Origin: Sminthopsis crassicaudata
Taxonomy: Eukaryota
Reading direction: 5' to 3'
DNA length: 64,000 nt
NCBI RefSeq assembly: GCF_048593235.1
Contig: NC_133617.1
Coordinates: 377,584,067-377,648,066, forward strand
Shown: positions 27,606-41,199 of the stretch, piece after piece
How the letters are laid out: the number at the start of each line of letters is the position of its first letter
Numbering within the stretch: the stretch's first letter is position 1
Position numbers and translations under genes: made by a program
Notes under the pieces: model-generated
What the model saw: the letters and a program-made list of their open reading frames with translations, nothing else
Database searches by the model: none
What the model was told of the DNA's origin: nothing

Positions 27606-28152
27606 ATGACATATTCAATTTCTTTTTTCTTGGAAGGGATTAAGCATTCAATTTCTACCTCTTTTAATCTGAACAATTTGAGTTTTTGTAAATATGCATA
27701 CATTTCATTTAAACTGTCAGTTTTATTGACCTATAACTTGGTAAAATGGTTCCTAATAATTGCTTTAACTTCATTTTTATTGGTTGCATATTCAACTTTT
27801 TCAATGTAATGCTGGTAATTTGTTTTTCTTTTGAACATCAAATTAACTAATGGTTTATCTATTTTTTTTCATAAAGTCAGCTCCTAGTTGGATTTTTTAC
27901 TAGTTCAACATTTTTGTATAATTTTTTTACTCTCTCCTTTGAAGGATTTCTATTTTGGTGTTTAATTAAGGATTTTTAATTGATCGTTTTTCTGTTTTAT
28001 TTTAATCCTACATTCAATGCATTGATTGGCTTTTTTGTTCTTTTAATGATGCATATGTTTAAAGATGTAAAATGTCCTCTACATACAATTTTGTCAGTAT
28101 CCTACAGATGTTGTTTTATTGTGTTGTCATAAATGTGTTTAGTGAAATTTTT
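27606..28152 (-). mobile_element. L1 ORF2 fragment (post-endonuclease linker to start of RT), degenerate
   Basis: Matches antisense marsupial L1 ORF2 as recalled (ttcaatttctttttc...ctcctaataattgctttaa...tggtttatctatt...cagctcctagt...aaagatgtaaaatgtcctct...ttgtcat). Confidence 0.8.
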
Positions 28153-28169
28153 GTTTTAAAAAATTGTTT

Positions 28170-30815
28170 GGAGAAATAGAGCCAACATGGCAGAGATGCA
28201 CTCAGCCAAACTCTCTCAAATTCCTCTCCAAACAACTCTAAAATAATACCTCAAAGTAAATTCTGAAAGAGCAGAACCACAAAATGCCAAGGTAAAAAAA
28301 ATGTTTTTCACCACAAGACAGCTTAATAGGTTAGCAAGAAAGGTTACCAAAATGATGACTGGACCAAAATGCTTCATTGAATATTGTGTAGCAGCAATTG
28401 CAATATTGTGCGCCACAATATTTTTTATAGTTCTCAGTCCATGGATGATGAGAGGTTCAGACAACTAGTAAGAAGGAGATTGCAGAGGATCCTTTTCCAG
28501 TACTGGTTTAAAGACCCTATTGTATTTCCAATACACCATTCCAGTTCTCAGTTTCAGAGCCAAAAGGAGCAATAGTTGTGATTCTATTGGACCAGAGACT
28601 TAATCAATATTCCAGGGTAAATAATAGTGTTTATCATTGCTCATAAGGGAGCAGGGATCTTGCTCTCCATTCCAAGGTAGAGAGGAGCAGGAACTTCAGT
28701 AGAGCAGAGGATGTGGTCATAGTCCCAGAACCAAGAAGAGAATGAGTGCTAGTGGTTACAAGAGAACAAGTCCCTTGATGAATAAAAATCATACCAGAAG
28801 TCGGGAGAACAGTGACCATACTCTCCTTAGATCATTCCACGTTGGAAGCACCAAAAACCAATAGGCCACCCTGGGCCATTTCTGAAAACAGCAGCAGGAA
28901 AGGGCTGAAGCTTGGGACAGTACTCCCTCCACCTGAGAAACAGAGCTTAACCTTTACATAAAGTAAAAAGTCAAGAAACAAGTTTGAAAAAGAAGCAAAC
29001 AAATAACAACAACAACAACAACAAAAAAAAAAAACTTGAACATAACAAGAAACTAAAATAAAGGGGGAAATTAAGACACAAACCCAGAAGAAAATGATGA
29101 CAAATCAATTACAAATAAAGCTCCAAAGAAAAAATGTTAATTGGTCATAAGCCCAACAAAAATTCCTGGAAGTTATCAAAAAAAGGATTTTAAAATCAAA
29201 TAAGAGGAAATAGAGGAAAAATAGTAAAAGAAATGAAAGTGTCACAAGAAAACTAAATACAAGCAACTGCTTGTAAAAAAGACACAAGAAAATTACTGAA
29301 GAAAATTATACTTTAAAAAACAGAATTGATAAATTAGTAAAATACAAAAACATAGTGAAGAAAATTCCTTACAAAAGCAGAATTTGCCAAATGGAGAAAG
29401 AGATACAAAAGCTAACTGAAGAAAATAGTGCCTTAAAAGTTAGAATGGGACAAGTGGAAGTCAAAGACTCCATGAGAAACAAAATCAAAATAATGAAAAA
29501 ATAAAATAAAATGTGAAGTATCTCATTGGAAAAAAGAACTACCTGAAAATAGATTCAGGAGAGATAATTTAAGAATGATTGGACAACTTGAATGCCATTA
29601 TCAAAAAAAGAATGTAGATAACATATTTCAAGAAATTATTGAGGGAAATCATCCAGATATCCTGAACCAGAGTAAAATAGAAATCAAAAGAGTCTACTAT
29701 TCACCTCCTGGAACAGCTTTCAAAATGAAAACTCGAAGGAATATTACAGCCAAATTCCAGAGCTGGCAGATCAAATAGAAAATATTGCAACCAGTCAGAA
29801 AGAAATTGTTCAAATATTATGGAGCCACATCCAGGATCATATGAAATTTAATAGCTTCTACACTAGAGAAGCAACGGATTTAGCATATGATATTGTGGAT
29901 TACAAACAGCAAAGCTGACTATAATCTTTCCCGGAAGAACAGTAGATTTTTGTTAAAATTATGACTTTCAAGAATTCTTGCCAGATAGAAATATCTGTCT
30001 TTCAAATATAAAACTCAAAAAGTAGCATAAAAAGGTAAACATCAAAGGGAATTAATAAGGCTAATCTGTTTCCTTTCCTGTATGGGAAGATGAAAATTGC
30101 AACTCCTAAGAACTTTATATATTTCAGGGTAGTTACAAGGAATATACAGAGGTTATGACTGTGAGTTGACTATGATAGGATGATTTTTTAAAAAATTAAA
30201 TTAGGTCGTGAATGAGAAAGAGAGTCATGTTGGGAGAAGAAGAAAGGGAGAGGAAGAAGGAGGAATTATCTCACATAAAAGTTACAAAATGAAGAACTTT
30301 TATGGTGGAGGAGAAGGTGGTAGGTTGGCAAATCAGATAGTGTTTGAACCTTACTCAGTTGGGTATATAAATCTATCTTACCCTATGGGGAAACAGGAAG
30401 GGAAATGTATAGGAAAAAGAGGCTAGGGAAGGTGAATTAAGGAAAGTAATAGTCAAAACAAAAGAGGCTTTTGAGGAGAAACAAAAGTGAGAGACAGACA
30501 GATAGATGGATAGATAGATAGACAGACAGAAATCGAGACTAAGAGAGAAACAGAGACAGAGAAAGAAGAATAAATGGAAAAAATGCATGGAGGGAAAAAC
30601 ACAGTTAATAACTCATAAAAGAGGTGTGGCTAGAAGAATGAATTAAAAATAAGAATCTAACCATATGTTGTTTACAAGAAACACACTTGAAGCTGAAAGA
30701 GAAATAGAGAATAAAGATCAGGGATTGGAGAAGAATCTATTATCCTTCAACTGAAGTAAAAAAAAAAAAAAGTGGAATAGCAATCATGGTCTTAGACAAA
30801 GCAAAACAAAAATTG
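28170..30815 (+). mobile_element. Degenerate L1 5' portion: 5'UTR, decayed ORF1, inter-ORF spacer and N-terminal part of ORF2 endonuclease
   Basis: Marsupial L1 5' end (gagccaacatggcagag...caaactctctcaaattcctctccaaacaac). ORF 29575..29778 resembles the L1 ORF1 RRM (IFQEIIEGNHPDIL..IEIKRVYYSPP..RNITAKFQS). ORF2 start ATGGAGGGAAAAACACAG at 30587, then ICCLQETHLK-like sequence. Many stops and frameshifts. Confidence 0.88.
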
Positions 30816-31045
30816 GTGGTGGTTGTTGTCATCTCACTCATGTCCAATTCTTCACTGACCCCATTTGGGGTTTTCTTGGCAAAAATATTGGAATAGTTTA
30901 GCCATTTTCTTTTCCAAATTATTTTACAGATGAGAAAATTAAGGCAAATAGGGTTAAATGACTTGTTCAGGGTCACATAGCTAGATGTCATTTAATCTCA
31001 GATCCTTCCGACTTGAGAGCCAACACTCTATCCATTGCACCAAGT
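30815..31045 (-). mobile_element. Mar1-type SINE abutting the L1 ORF2 fragment
   Basis: gttgttgtc...gaccccatttggggttttcttggcaaaaatattggaatagtttagccatttt...attttacagatgagaaaattaaggcaaatagggttaaatgacttg. Confidence 0.8.
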
Positions 31046-32023
31046 AAACTCCAGCTAAAGAAAACTATTAAAAAAAGAAATTCTTGCATTGCCCTAAATA
31101 CACACCAAATTTCTGCACCCCAGCCAATTCCCTTCTCCCATATACAAATACTGGCTTTTAGGCCTTTTACCATCAAACTTCACCTGTGTCTGGTCTGCTC
31201 TTTAGCTGCACATTCCTGGCTTAAGCCTCTTTTCTTGGATTTAACATTGCAAAAATAATGTTTTTAGAAGGTATTGGGAGAATGGTTGTTTTGTTGTGAC
31301 TTGGTTAAAAAATTTTGTTCACTCAATGAAACCTTTTAGAACAATCTGGATAATTCAGGTGAAAACAAAATACAGTTCTGAAACAGACAGCATGCCTGTG
31401 GTCTTAATGAAGCCCCTGGAATCAAGAGCTCTATATGAATGGGAACAATTAGAGAACATTTCCCTTGGCTCTTTCAAAGATCTTTCCCCCATTATCCCAT
31501 TGATCATCACAACAACCCTTGGAGGTTTGCATGATCTATTTGTTTAAAAATGCTAGGGTTTTTGAAATTTTACTCTGCTCAGGGCTCTTGAGATATATGA
31601 GGGGAGTGGAGATAGGAATATTTCCCACTATTCTTACTAGTCTCTATGAGCTTTGTGATGTGTTCTACACTTAGAATTGTGTAATCAGGATGTCAGAACT
31701 GGAAAAGACTTTAGACATACATCATTTTAGTCTGACACTCTCATTTTAGAGATGGGGCAGCTGGACAAACTTACAAAGCTGAAATGATCTGCCAAACACA
31801 ATTAGCAAGGGAAAAAAATAGTTCTATATCTTTGGCTATGTCTTTAACTTCTCCTGGCCTCAGTTTTCTCATATAAAAGAAATATAATGTTGGTTAGATT
31901 AGATCTTCTCTAGCATTCTAAACTTAATCTGTCATTCTAAGACTGGACAGATTCTAAAGTCACTTTGGTGAGAAAAATATTAGCTAATTTGTATTTTCTA
32001 TACTGTATGTATTTAAAAAGGTA

Positions 32024-32270
32024 CTAGGTAGCTAAATGTTTAGAGTACCAGACCTGGAGTCAGGAAGATCTATTTTTGTTCATTCAAATATAGCCTCAGA
32101 TACATGCTATCTGTGTGACCCTGAGAAAGTCACTTAACCCTACCTGCCTTAGTTTCCATCTATAAAATGAGCCTGGTCAAGGAAATGGCAAACCACTTCA
32201 ATATCTTTGTGGAGAAAAACTCAAATGAGATCATAAAGAGTAGAACACAACTGAAAAGTAACTGAACAAC
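32024..32270 (+). mobile_element. Mar1-type SINE
   Basis: tRNA-like head, CORE (gtgtgaccctgagaaagtcacttaacc) and tail (aaggaaatggcaaaccacttcaatatctttg...actgaacaac). Confidence 0.8.
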
Positions 32271-32719
32271 AAAATATACTTGAAAGTAATTTAAAATATA
32301 TTTCTTCAAAAGTATTCTATAATTCTACAACTTTTCTAATTTATATTGATATCCACCAAATTATTTGAATTACTGAGATTATGACATTGCAATCACATAA
32401 AATCTATTTTTGAAAACTCAAATATAAATGCTAATTATTTTGAGGAAAATTCTTTGTATAAAATACTGATTATTGCCTCTGATAAAAATCTGTCACTACA
32501 GTTCAATACACAATTAATCTATGTAAGTAGTATGCCAGGCCATAACTTTCTACTAGGCCATAAGATCAAATTAAATAGGCTTTCAACAGGTATATATATA
32601 GAAATATAACAAAGTTAATTGAGGAACATTTGAACACTTAAAATTTGGAAAGAACTAGGAAGGTGTCACAGAGGATCTCCAAATGGAAATAAGAACTCTT
32701 ATATTATGTTTTTAAAAAT

Positions 32720-33300
32720 AAAATACAATTAAATTTTTTTAAAGTTTTTTTTTCAATTAACATTCATTTTCCCCCTGATATTGCTCCTCCCCAATTTAAA
32801 AAAAAGGAAAAAAGAAGCACAAAACCTTTGTAAAACTTATACCTATTGTCTCTCTAACAAAGTCCAACATTGGTTGTTTTCAAAATTTTTCTGCACTTTA
32901 ACCTGAGTCTATCACTTCATTGTCAGATTTGGTAGCATGTTACATCATTGATTCTTTACAATTATGATTGGTTATTATTGCATCAATTAGAATTCTTGAG
33001 CCTTCAAATACTCTTCATATTCACAGTGTTATTTGAAATTTTTCTTTTGCTTTTGTTCATTTTGCATCATTTCATAAAAGTATTCCCAGAATTCTCTAAA
33101 ACCATCTCCTTATCTCTTATGGCAGAGAATTCAGTCAACAACTATTTTTAAAGCTCCATCATGACTGCTAAACTCTGAGCATCCTATTTCATTTACATGT
33201 CATAATCAGTTCAGCCACCTCCCAATTGATTAAAGTAGCCTTAATATAAGGTTATTGGATACCACAAAAAGAGATGACATAAATATGTGTATGTATGAGG
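32720..33300 (-). mobile_element. Old L1 3' end fragment
   Basis: T-rich tail followed by antisense L1 3'UTR-like sequence, including ttcagccacctcccaattgat...taccacaaaaagag. Confidence 0.55.
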
Positions 33301-34140
33301 AGAAAAAAAGGCTAGCTTTAGGAAAAGCACCCATTAGTCATTGTGGAAATTCCAAATGATATTTGCAAAATGATGTCCTGCAGCCAAGAAATCAAAAGCC
33401 ACAGATAATCATATTGAAAACAAAACAGAAAATAGTCTCCTTCCATTGTACAAAACTATGATGTAGGCATATCTACAAACCTGCCCAGTACTTGTTAAAT
33501 TTCATAAGAGTGAAGTAGGAGGAAATGGCAAAGAGAGGTGAAGGAGAGATATTAAGTGTTTATATGTTTTATGCCATTTGTCAGGCACTGTGCTGTTATC
33601 AAATGTTATTCAATTTGAACCTCACAACAATCCTATGATCTAGGTGCCATAATTATCCCCAATAATTATCCTCTTTTTTCAATTGACAAAACTGAGACAA
33701 ATAAAAGTTTAAATGAACTTGCTCATTATCATGTGGCATCTGAGATGGAATCTGAATTCAGGTTTTCCTGACTCCAGATCTAACATTCTATCTATGCAGC
33801 TGCTCCCATGCCTGCCTTTATGGAAGATATAAAGATGCTAGATCGGTCCCAATACACTTGGACAAATATTTATTCAACATATACCATACGCAAAGTGCTA
33901 TGCTCAGAGATAGGCAATATAAATAACTAAAGAATGGAGGGCAATCTACAATAATAATTGATACTTTAAATTGATTTATATACTTACATATTGATATTTC
34001 TATATGTGATATAAATCAATTTGCATATCGATAATTATATAGATTTTGAGGTATGCAAATGACTATATATACAATACCTCACTAGGTTTTCATAAGAGTC
34101 CTATGAAGTAAGTATACCAGGTGCTATTTCAGAATCAATT

Positions 34141-34367
34141 TTGTAGTTGTTCAGTTGTTTTTCAATTATGTCTGACTCTTTGTGACTCAATTTAGAATTT
34201 TCTTGGCAGAGATACTGAAGCGGTTTGACATTTTCTTCTCCAGCTTATTTTACAGATAAGGAAACTAAGGCAAACAGGGTTAATTGGCATGCCCAGGATA
34301 ACACAGATTGAATTCAGTAAGATGTGTCTTCCTGACTGCAGTAACCACTATGCCACCGAGATGCCCC
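34141..34367 (-). mobile_element. Mar1-type SINE
   Basis: gttgttcagttg...tctgactctttgtgactc...ttttcttggcagagatactgaagcggtttgacatt...ttttacagataaggaaactaaggc. Confidence 0.8.
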
Positions 34368-35601
34368 AGAATCATTTTATAAAGACTTATAAAAGTTTGT
34401 GACTTGTATTAGTTGATCATACAACTAGGATTTGAACTTGGGACTTTTTTCAAAGCATTCCTCAGCCCTACTAATATGTACAAAGTCATATGATTCTAGC
34501 TTGGGGGAATGGGAAAGGGATCATAAAGCAGACATTAAGTAGGGATAGGGTAATGTTTTACAAGCATTATGAGTAGAGAAAGGGAGAGTATAGAGTAGTT
34601 TATCAAATTCTGAAATATTCAAATGAGTAGACACTTCTTTTAAACTTGAAAGGTATTTTAGGACAAATAAAGTACAATTTTTAAAAATAATATATTGCTT
34701 TTCCCAATTGCATATAAAATCAATTTTGACATTCTTTTTAAAAAGTTTTCAGTTCATGATTATTTATATATTGCATGGTAAATGTTATGAATTCACTGTA
34801 CATAAGAGGAAACGAAAATTGAAAATATGTTTAGGCTCAAAGAGATTTTGTTCAATAGATTTATTACTGATACATCTATAATCTTGATATAGGGAACATC
34901 CTTAGCTTTTCAATATTGATATCAAGGACAATCATACCTTTCCCCAAATTTTGCTATTTTACTTTTATTTTATACATAAGGATTTATAATCTTCATTTTT
35001 AAAGGATGCTGTTTATATTTAAAAAGAACTTTTAAAAATATAATCATATTTCAAAGTAATGAAAATAAACAATTCCTTTTATAAACTTTCTCTCTATACT
35101 AGGTTCTTTTTGTTTGGCTTGGTTTGTTTTGTTTTCTCCTTCTGAGTGCAAGCTTCCAAATAGAGCATACAGTTGGGGCACTGGCACATTAAGATTTTCT
35201 CTTGTTTGAGTTCCAGTCTTTGGCACAAATCCTGTCCTTTTCTTTCCATCATTCTTTCAAAGCAGCTATTCCATTTGTCTCCTAAAGAGAACTTGCCAGA
35301 GGCTGTTTTGTACTGGAACTCCTAGGATCGGCATGTGACGGTCTAACCTATTGTCACTTCATGGGTGAGCCTGAAGGTGATATTGAAGAAAAAATCCTTT
35401 GCATAAAAGATGAGCCTCTGGAGATTTAATATGGCATCATATATAATATGGTTTGTCTACAGTGGGTGAGAAAAAACATGGCCAAATCCAAGTTTCACTG
35501 ATTCCTGGATCTCATAAGCCAACCCCAGGGAGTCCTTTTGTTTCTCAGATGGCAGCTAATGGGAAGATTTGAATTAATTGTTCTGTGAGCAGAACAATTA
35601 G

Positions 35602-35871
<270 letters not shown>

Positions 35872-36470
35872 TGATCATAAAATTGACTTTATAGTTCTCA
35901 TTCTCAGTTGATTTTCACTACATATTTAACAACAATCCTCTTTAAATTGCATTGGAAATAATTCACATTCATTTCTCTATGTCTCAAAAGTATATTGTTA
36001 TTCAACCTAATTGTTAGGTTGTTCATATTTTGCCCTTCTTTTTCCTATAGCTGGTATTTTGCCAGTTTTATTATACTTTCAAACCTCTACTCAAGTGTTT
36101 TGGGTATGGTAGATAGATATCAAGAAATCATAATTCTTAGTACTTTCTATAAAAATATTTCTGGCAGTATAACTGTTGATTCAAATGAGTTTGGGGATTC
36201 TCTGTGAAAAATGAATTGTCTGTGCTATTTTTGTCCCCTGTTATGGGGATAATTGAGATTTGGCTGCAAAACTTTTGTACATTCATTTCAAAGCAAGCAA
36301 GGGAAATTGAAGGTCTGAAAATGCTGAGTACTATGCAATTTCAGCCCTGATTACTCTGGAGATGATCTTTCCCCCCACCCCATGTAATCTCATTATCAAC
36401 ATGCTTGCTGAATGATTTTATATAGAGAGTGTGCCTCATGAATAGCATTGAAGAAGAAAGCAGTAGGGTT

Positions 36471-36510
36471 TGTGCATGTGTGTGTGCGTGTGTGTGTGTG
36501 TGTGTGTGTG
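36471..36510 (+). repeat. Interrupted (TG)n microsatellite
   Basis: Direct reading. Confidence 0.9.
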
Positions 36511-36859
36511 CTAGAATGCATAGACATGCCCTAACTCCCATAATTAGATACAGGTGTTTGTTCTGATGGTGCTTTGCCTCCCAGAGTTGCTAATGTTTGA
36601 TTAACTAAGCAAAAACATAATGTGTCCTGAATCCAAAGATCACCTGACCCTACCATGGATCAGGCAAAGCACATCTGTTTGGCTCAGAGTAAGAGGAAAG
36701 GATGAGTGGCTGCTATTGTATTATGTATGTCAAATATTTTAAATAACTTGCATATTTTAATTGTAATAAGCATACCTAGTGCCCTCATGCTTAAAAGAAT
36801 GCAGAAAATGCTATTACAGTGAATACCATTATAAACCAATATTCCATGATCTTTCCTGT

Positions 36860-37140
36860 GATCATTTTATTCACTCCCATGAGCTCCCCAGATGATATTT
36901 GCAACTTAATCCATCCTCTGAGTTCCAATTCTTCTATAATTTATAGACCTTTGGAAGTTCTTTGACATCTCAAATTCAATATGTGCTTAATCATGCTTAT
37001 ATTGTGCCCTAAAAGCATCCTCTCTTCTGCTTTCACTGTTTCTTTTAGTGGTACTACCACTCAACCTGTCTCCCATTTTCATAACCTAAGGCTTTCCTTT
37101 GACTTCCTTCTCTTTTAGTAGCCATCTCCCATCAATGTGA
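36860..37140 (+). mobile_element. L2 fragment
   Basis: ctcccatgagctcc...ttgacatctcaaattcaatatgt...ataacctaaggctttcctttgacttccttctc is L2 sense-like. Confidence 0.5.
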
Positions 37141-39404
37141 AGAACATTTGACCCAGAAACAGATACTTATTCTTTCACTTCCAAGCTGTCTGATATTAGG
37201 CAAGTGTTACAGGACCATAGATTTAGAGCTAAAAAGAACCTTAGCAATTAAGTCCAAACTCTTCACTTTACATTTGAAGAAACTGAGACTAGGGAAGTTA
37301 TGTGATGCAAAATTTCACACAAATAGTAAATTTGAAAGCCAAGTTTTGAACCCAGAATCACAAGACTATGCTACCTCCTCTAAAACTCAGATGGTATGAC
37401 CCCAAAAATGTGAATTTATTTTAAAGGAACTATCATATCTACCATCTGTGGTATCCCTCCCAATGACTCTGAGAGATAGGTAGAGCAAGTTTTCTCATGT
37501 GCTTTCTAGAGCCAAAAATCTTTTAAGGTCACACAAGAAGGAAGTAGCAAAGCCACAATTTTCATTTCCAAGCTCTGGGCTTTTCCCTTCTATCATTCTT
37601 CTACTCAGACTGTGTTCATCTGAAAAACCACTTGGAAAAAGTTCAGTGTTTTAAAGTGACCAGATTAAGTTAAATTGAAGCTTACTATTTGGTTTAGCCT
37701 TTTTACACTTTTCAGATAGAAAAATTTGAATTCATCAAGACTTTAAAATGTCCCAATTTTGACCTTATATAGATTTGGCTGTAGATTACTTAAAATAGCA
37801 AAGTTGAATGGAACACTGGTGATTGAAATCAAGCAGTTGATTTGTTAAAAGAGGCACTTGAATGGCATTATTACAAAAAAAAAGAAGAAGAAAGGAAAAA
37901 AAATGAAGAAACAGATCTCTTCAGGCTTTGGATGTACTTAGATTTCATCAAGTGCAGATGACCCCTGGAAAACATTGCTAAATAAAAAATAAACAAAATA
38001 TGAGTAGCAAGAGAAGCTTGTCTGGAAAAATAATAACTGTTATTGGATTTTAAATTGCTGTTTTAAAATCTGAATTGTCGTGCTTCTGTACAGTTGATTC
38101 CAGAAAGACATTAAAAGAATGACTATGAAAATGATCAGGGTGTGATCTTTTTTGTTTTGTTAAAAGGACAAACTTACAGAATGATTAGGGTTTAATATGC
38201 AGAAGGACTTTTAACTAATGCAGAAAGAAAATTATTAAAGTATGTTAAATAATAAGATGAACTATTGTGAATTCAAACATTTTGAATCCCCAAATTTTAG
38301 AATCAGGAGAATGCCTTGAAGCTTGATAAAGATAATAAAAATGAGGAGCAGGTTAGATAGAAGGTAAGATCATAAATGATAACTCATAAATCATAAATCA
38401 TTCATATAACTTTGAAGTCTAGAGATAGAGATTGAAAGTCATTTGAAGTTGAAATCATGGTAGTGAATGAGTTTGCCATGGGGGAATGTGGAAAGAGAGA
38501 AGAGAGAATGGAGAATAAGAAGTTCATTCCATATGCCAGTCAGTGACTTTATAAATACATTACACATTACGTGGACAATTGATAGCAATATGATGGACAT
38601 TTCTAATTCTGGGAGAACTTGGGAAGGGGTGAGGAAACAAAATGAATCAAATTTATATCCTGAAAATATGGTTTTATCTACAAATTTTTATTTGCTATTT
38701 CAGATAGAAACTCATATTTACTTAAGCAAGGTTGATAGTATGATTTTTGAGTCAACAATTGACAATTTTACTGAAAGATTCTAGTTATTTCATATTGCCT
38801 GAGTAAACATTAATTGAGTCATACTATCACTAGTAAATAAGAAATTCATATTAAAATTTAAACATTTGAAAGACTCAGACTATATTTATACATGAAAAGA
38901 CGGCTGATTGTTAATTCATTGGGGGAAAAAAATCAGTGAAGTTTGTTTCTTGACGTTGCTGAGAAAAATACGTATCTATTGATGGCATTTTTGACTCTTC
39001 CACAAGAATAAAAGAGGGAGAAAAGTTGAATTAAGTCAAGCCATTAATTACATAATAAAATATAATCATTTTTAAAGTTAATTTATATCTATGGATTCAA
39101 TATTTAATTAAATTAATTGATTTGGTCAGATGTTTTGATTTAACATAAACACAGGCTAAGTTTTTCATGTGTAGGCAGGCAATGGAAACATCTATTTTAG
39201 CTATTTTAAAATGATGTATGAATAGCAGGCAATTAAGTCTGAAAAATATATTAGTGAAACATGGTATAGTGGGAAAAAATACTGGAATTAGATTAGAATA
39301 CTTGGGTTCAGGTTATAATTTTACTCTTTACTATTTTTGACCTAAAAAAAAATAACTTAAGTGACTTAATCTTTCCAAGTTCATGCTACCATGTCTATTT
39401 TCAC

Positions 39405-39720
39405 AGAATCAGAATTTAGAGTAGGAAGGAATATGATCAATCATCTCCTTCTCCTGGTTGAAAGACATTTTCCTAAGGGATTCCTTGTCATAAGTGAATA
39501 CTTGACAAAGAGTCTGTCCGCTTTTGCTTTAAAAGCTCTAATGTGGGGAAAACCCATCACCTCTTAGACAGTCCTTCACATATTTCTGATTCTTTGTAAG
39601 TTTTTTTCCCCTACAAATCATCATTTGTCTTTTTATAACTTTGTATACATTGTTCATGGTTCTAAAGCCAAAGGGGTTCTAAACACTCTTATTTATGACA
39701 GATTTTCAAATACTTGAAGA
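39405..39720 (-). mobile_element. L3/CR1 3' fragment
   Basis: cagaatcagaatttagagtaggaagg...cccatcacctcttagacagtccttc...ttttcaaatacttgaaga. Confidence 0.55.
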
Positions 39721-40020
39721 AGGGGAGGAAACAGGAAGAAACAGAGTTTGATAAATATTTTCAAATATTTAAGTTCATTTTCTTTTATCTAGGCCTGTAA
39801 TGTCATCAATGGGGAGAATTTTCACTTTGGAAACATTGGGCAAGTTGCTTAAGATCTTCAAGCTTCAGCTAATATTCTATTTCTCATTGGCTAAGGCAGA
39901 GATCACAGAGATCTCAGATAGGGGAAAGAGTTTTTTGACATTTAGATACAATGATCATCTGGAGTAAAGAGCTGTAGCTCCTGGTGAGATGGTTCACATA
40001 GATGTATTAATTCTTTACAG

Positions 40021-40137
40021 GTCCTGATGCTGAAGAAGCTGGAAGCACTATGTCTACGCTAGAGCGATCACTTGCAGCCCGGAGAGCCACTCGGGCCAAA
40101 CTGATGATTCCAATGGATTCCCAGCCAAACAATCCCA
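40021..40137 (+). CDS. DCC: DCC coding exon (exon 25 equivalent): [39 protein letters not shown]
   Basis: Acceptor ttctttacAG (40019-20) and donor GTAAGT (40138). 117 bp, phase 1/1. Matches the DCC cytoplasmic tail. Confidence 0.97.
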
Positions 40138-41199
40138 GTAAGTAAAGGACTAGTCATCAGTCCCATGCCTTTGTTATACCAAATGGTGGTGCTTTCCATC
40201 ACTAGATTTGTCTTCTATCTCTATCCTCCCCTTACTCCCTTCAAAGAGATTATAAAGAACTTGACAGCTGTCTTCATAAAGCAGCAGAGTTGTGAATAGA
40301 AACTGGGAGTCAAGAGGCAGTCAGACATGTAGAGCTTTGGGAGCTGGAGTTATAATGACCTAGGTTCAAGTGCTGCCTCTGGCAAATACTGCTTAATGTG
40401 TCCTGAAGCTAGTTTGCTCCCCTCTCAGTGTCCCCCAGGCAATTTTCTCAGACTATAAATTACAGAACAATTGTGATCTGCTTTGGCATAATGAAATTAT
40501 GATTAAAGGAAAAAAGAAAAAAGAAGTAAATAAGAAAATTAAATACAATTCACGTTAAAAGTTAAACATTTAAAAGACTTGATCACATAAAATTGTTTAT
40601 TAGTAAGAAAATTATTATATTATAATAAGAAAATTTAATAAGAAAATAATCATTTTTCTCACTAACCTGAGATAACCAAACTCAGTTTTCTGAGTTTAAG
40701 AACCTTTGTGCTCCAGGAAGGATGAGGGGAGAAGCTTCTCAAAGGCTACAAAGAGCATCTTTGGCTAGTCAATTACATGATAGTGGAACTAATTATTGAG
40801 ACTGAGACTAAGAGCATTTCAGTGATAAGAAAGAACTAAAGAAGTTGCCCAGTGGATTTTAACTGCTAAAAGAACAAGATTTAAGTATATTTTGTATACT
40901 TTGAAGGAATGAAATTTCCATCCATGTTAACCTTTGGGATCTACTTCCCTTCCCACCCCCCTATAGAAGTATATTATTTATTTTAATATATATTATTGCA
41001 TATTTATTCTGTATGTATACATTTATTATAATTTTATATTTTATTTTATTATTATATAATATTCATGTTTAAATTCTCTTTAACTGCCCAGAAAGGTGTT
41101 AAACTGTTATCATATACTAGGGAAAAAGAAGAGAGAAGAAAACATTGAGATCTTTTCCTTTATGAAGACTTGAAATTTGGAGACATCAGTAAATTAGCA

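Noticed and set aside
29575-29778. Functional or domesticated L1 ORF1 gene
   Set aside because: A 67-aa remnant flanked by stops and frameshifts, with several conserved residues degraded.
32024-32100. tRNA genes
   Set aside because: The tRNA-like segments are decayed SINE heads; no intact cloverleaf was seen.
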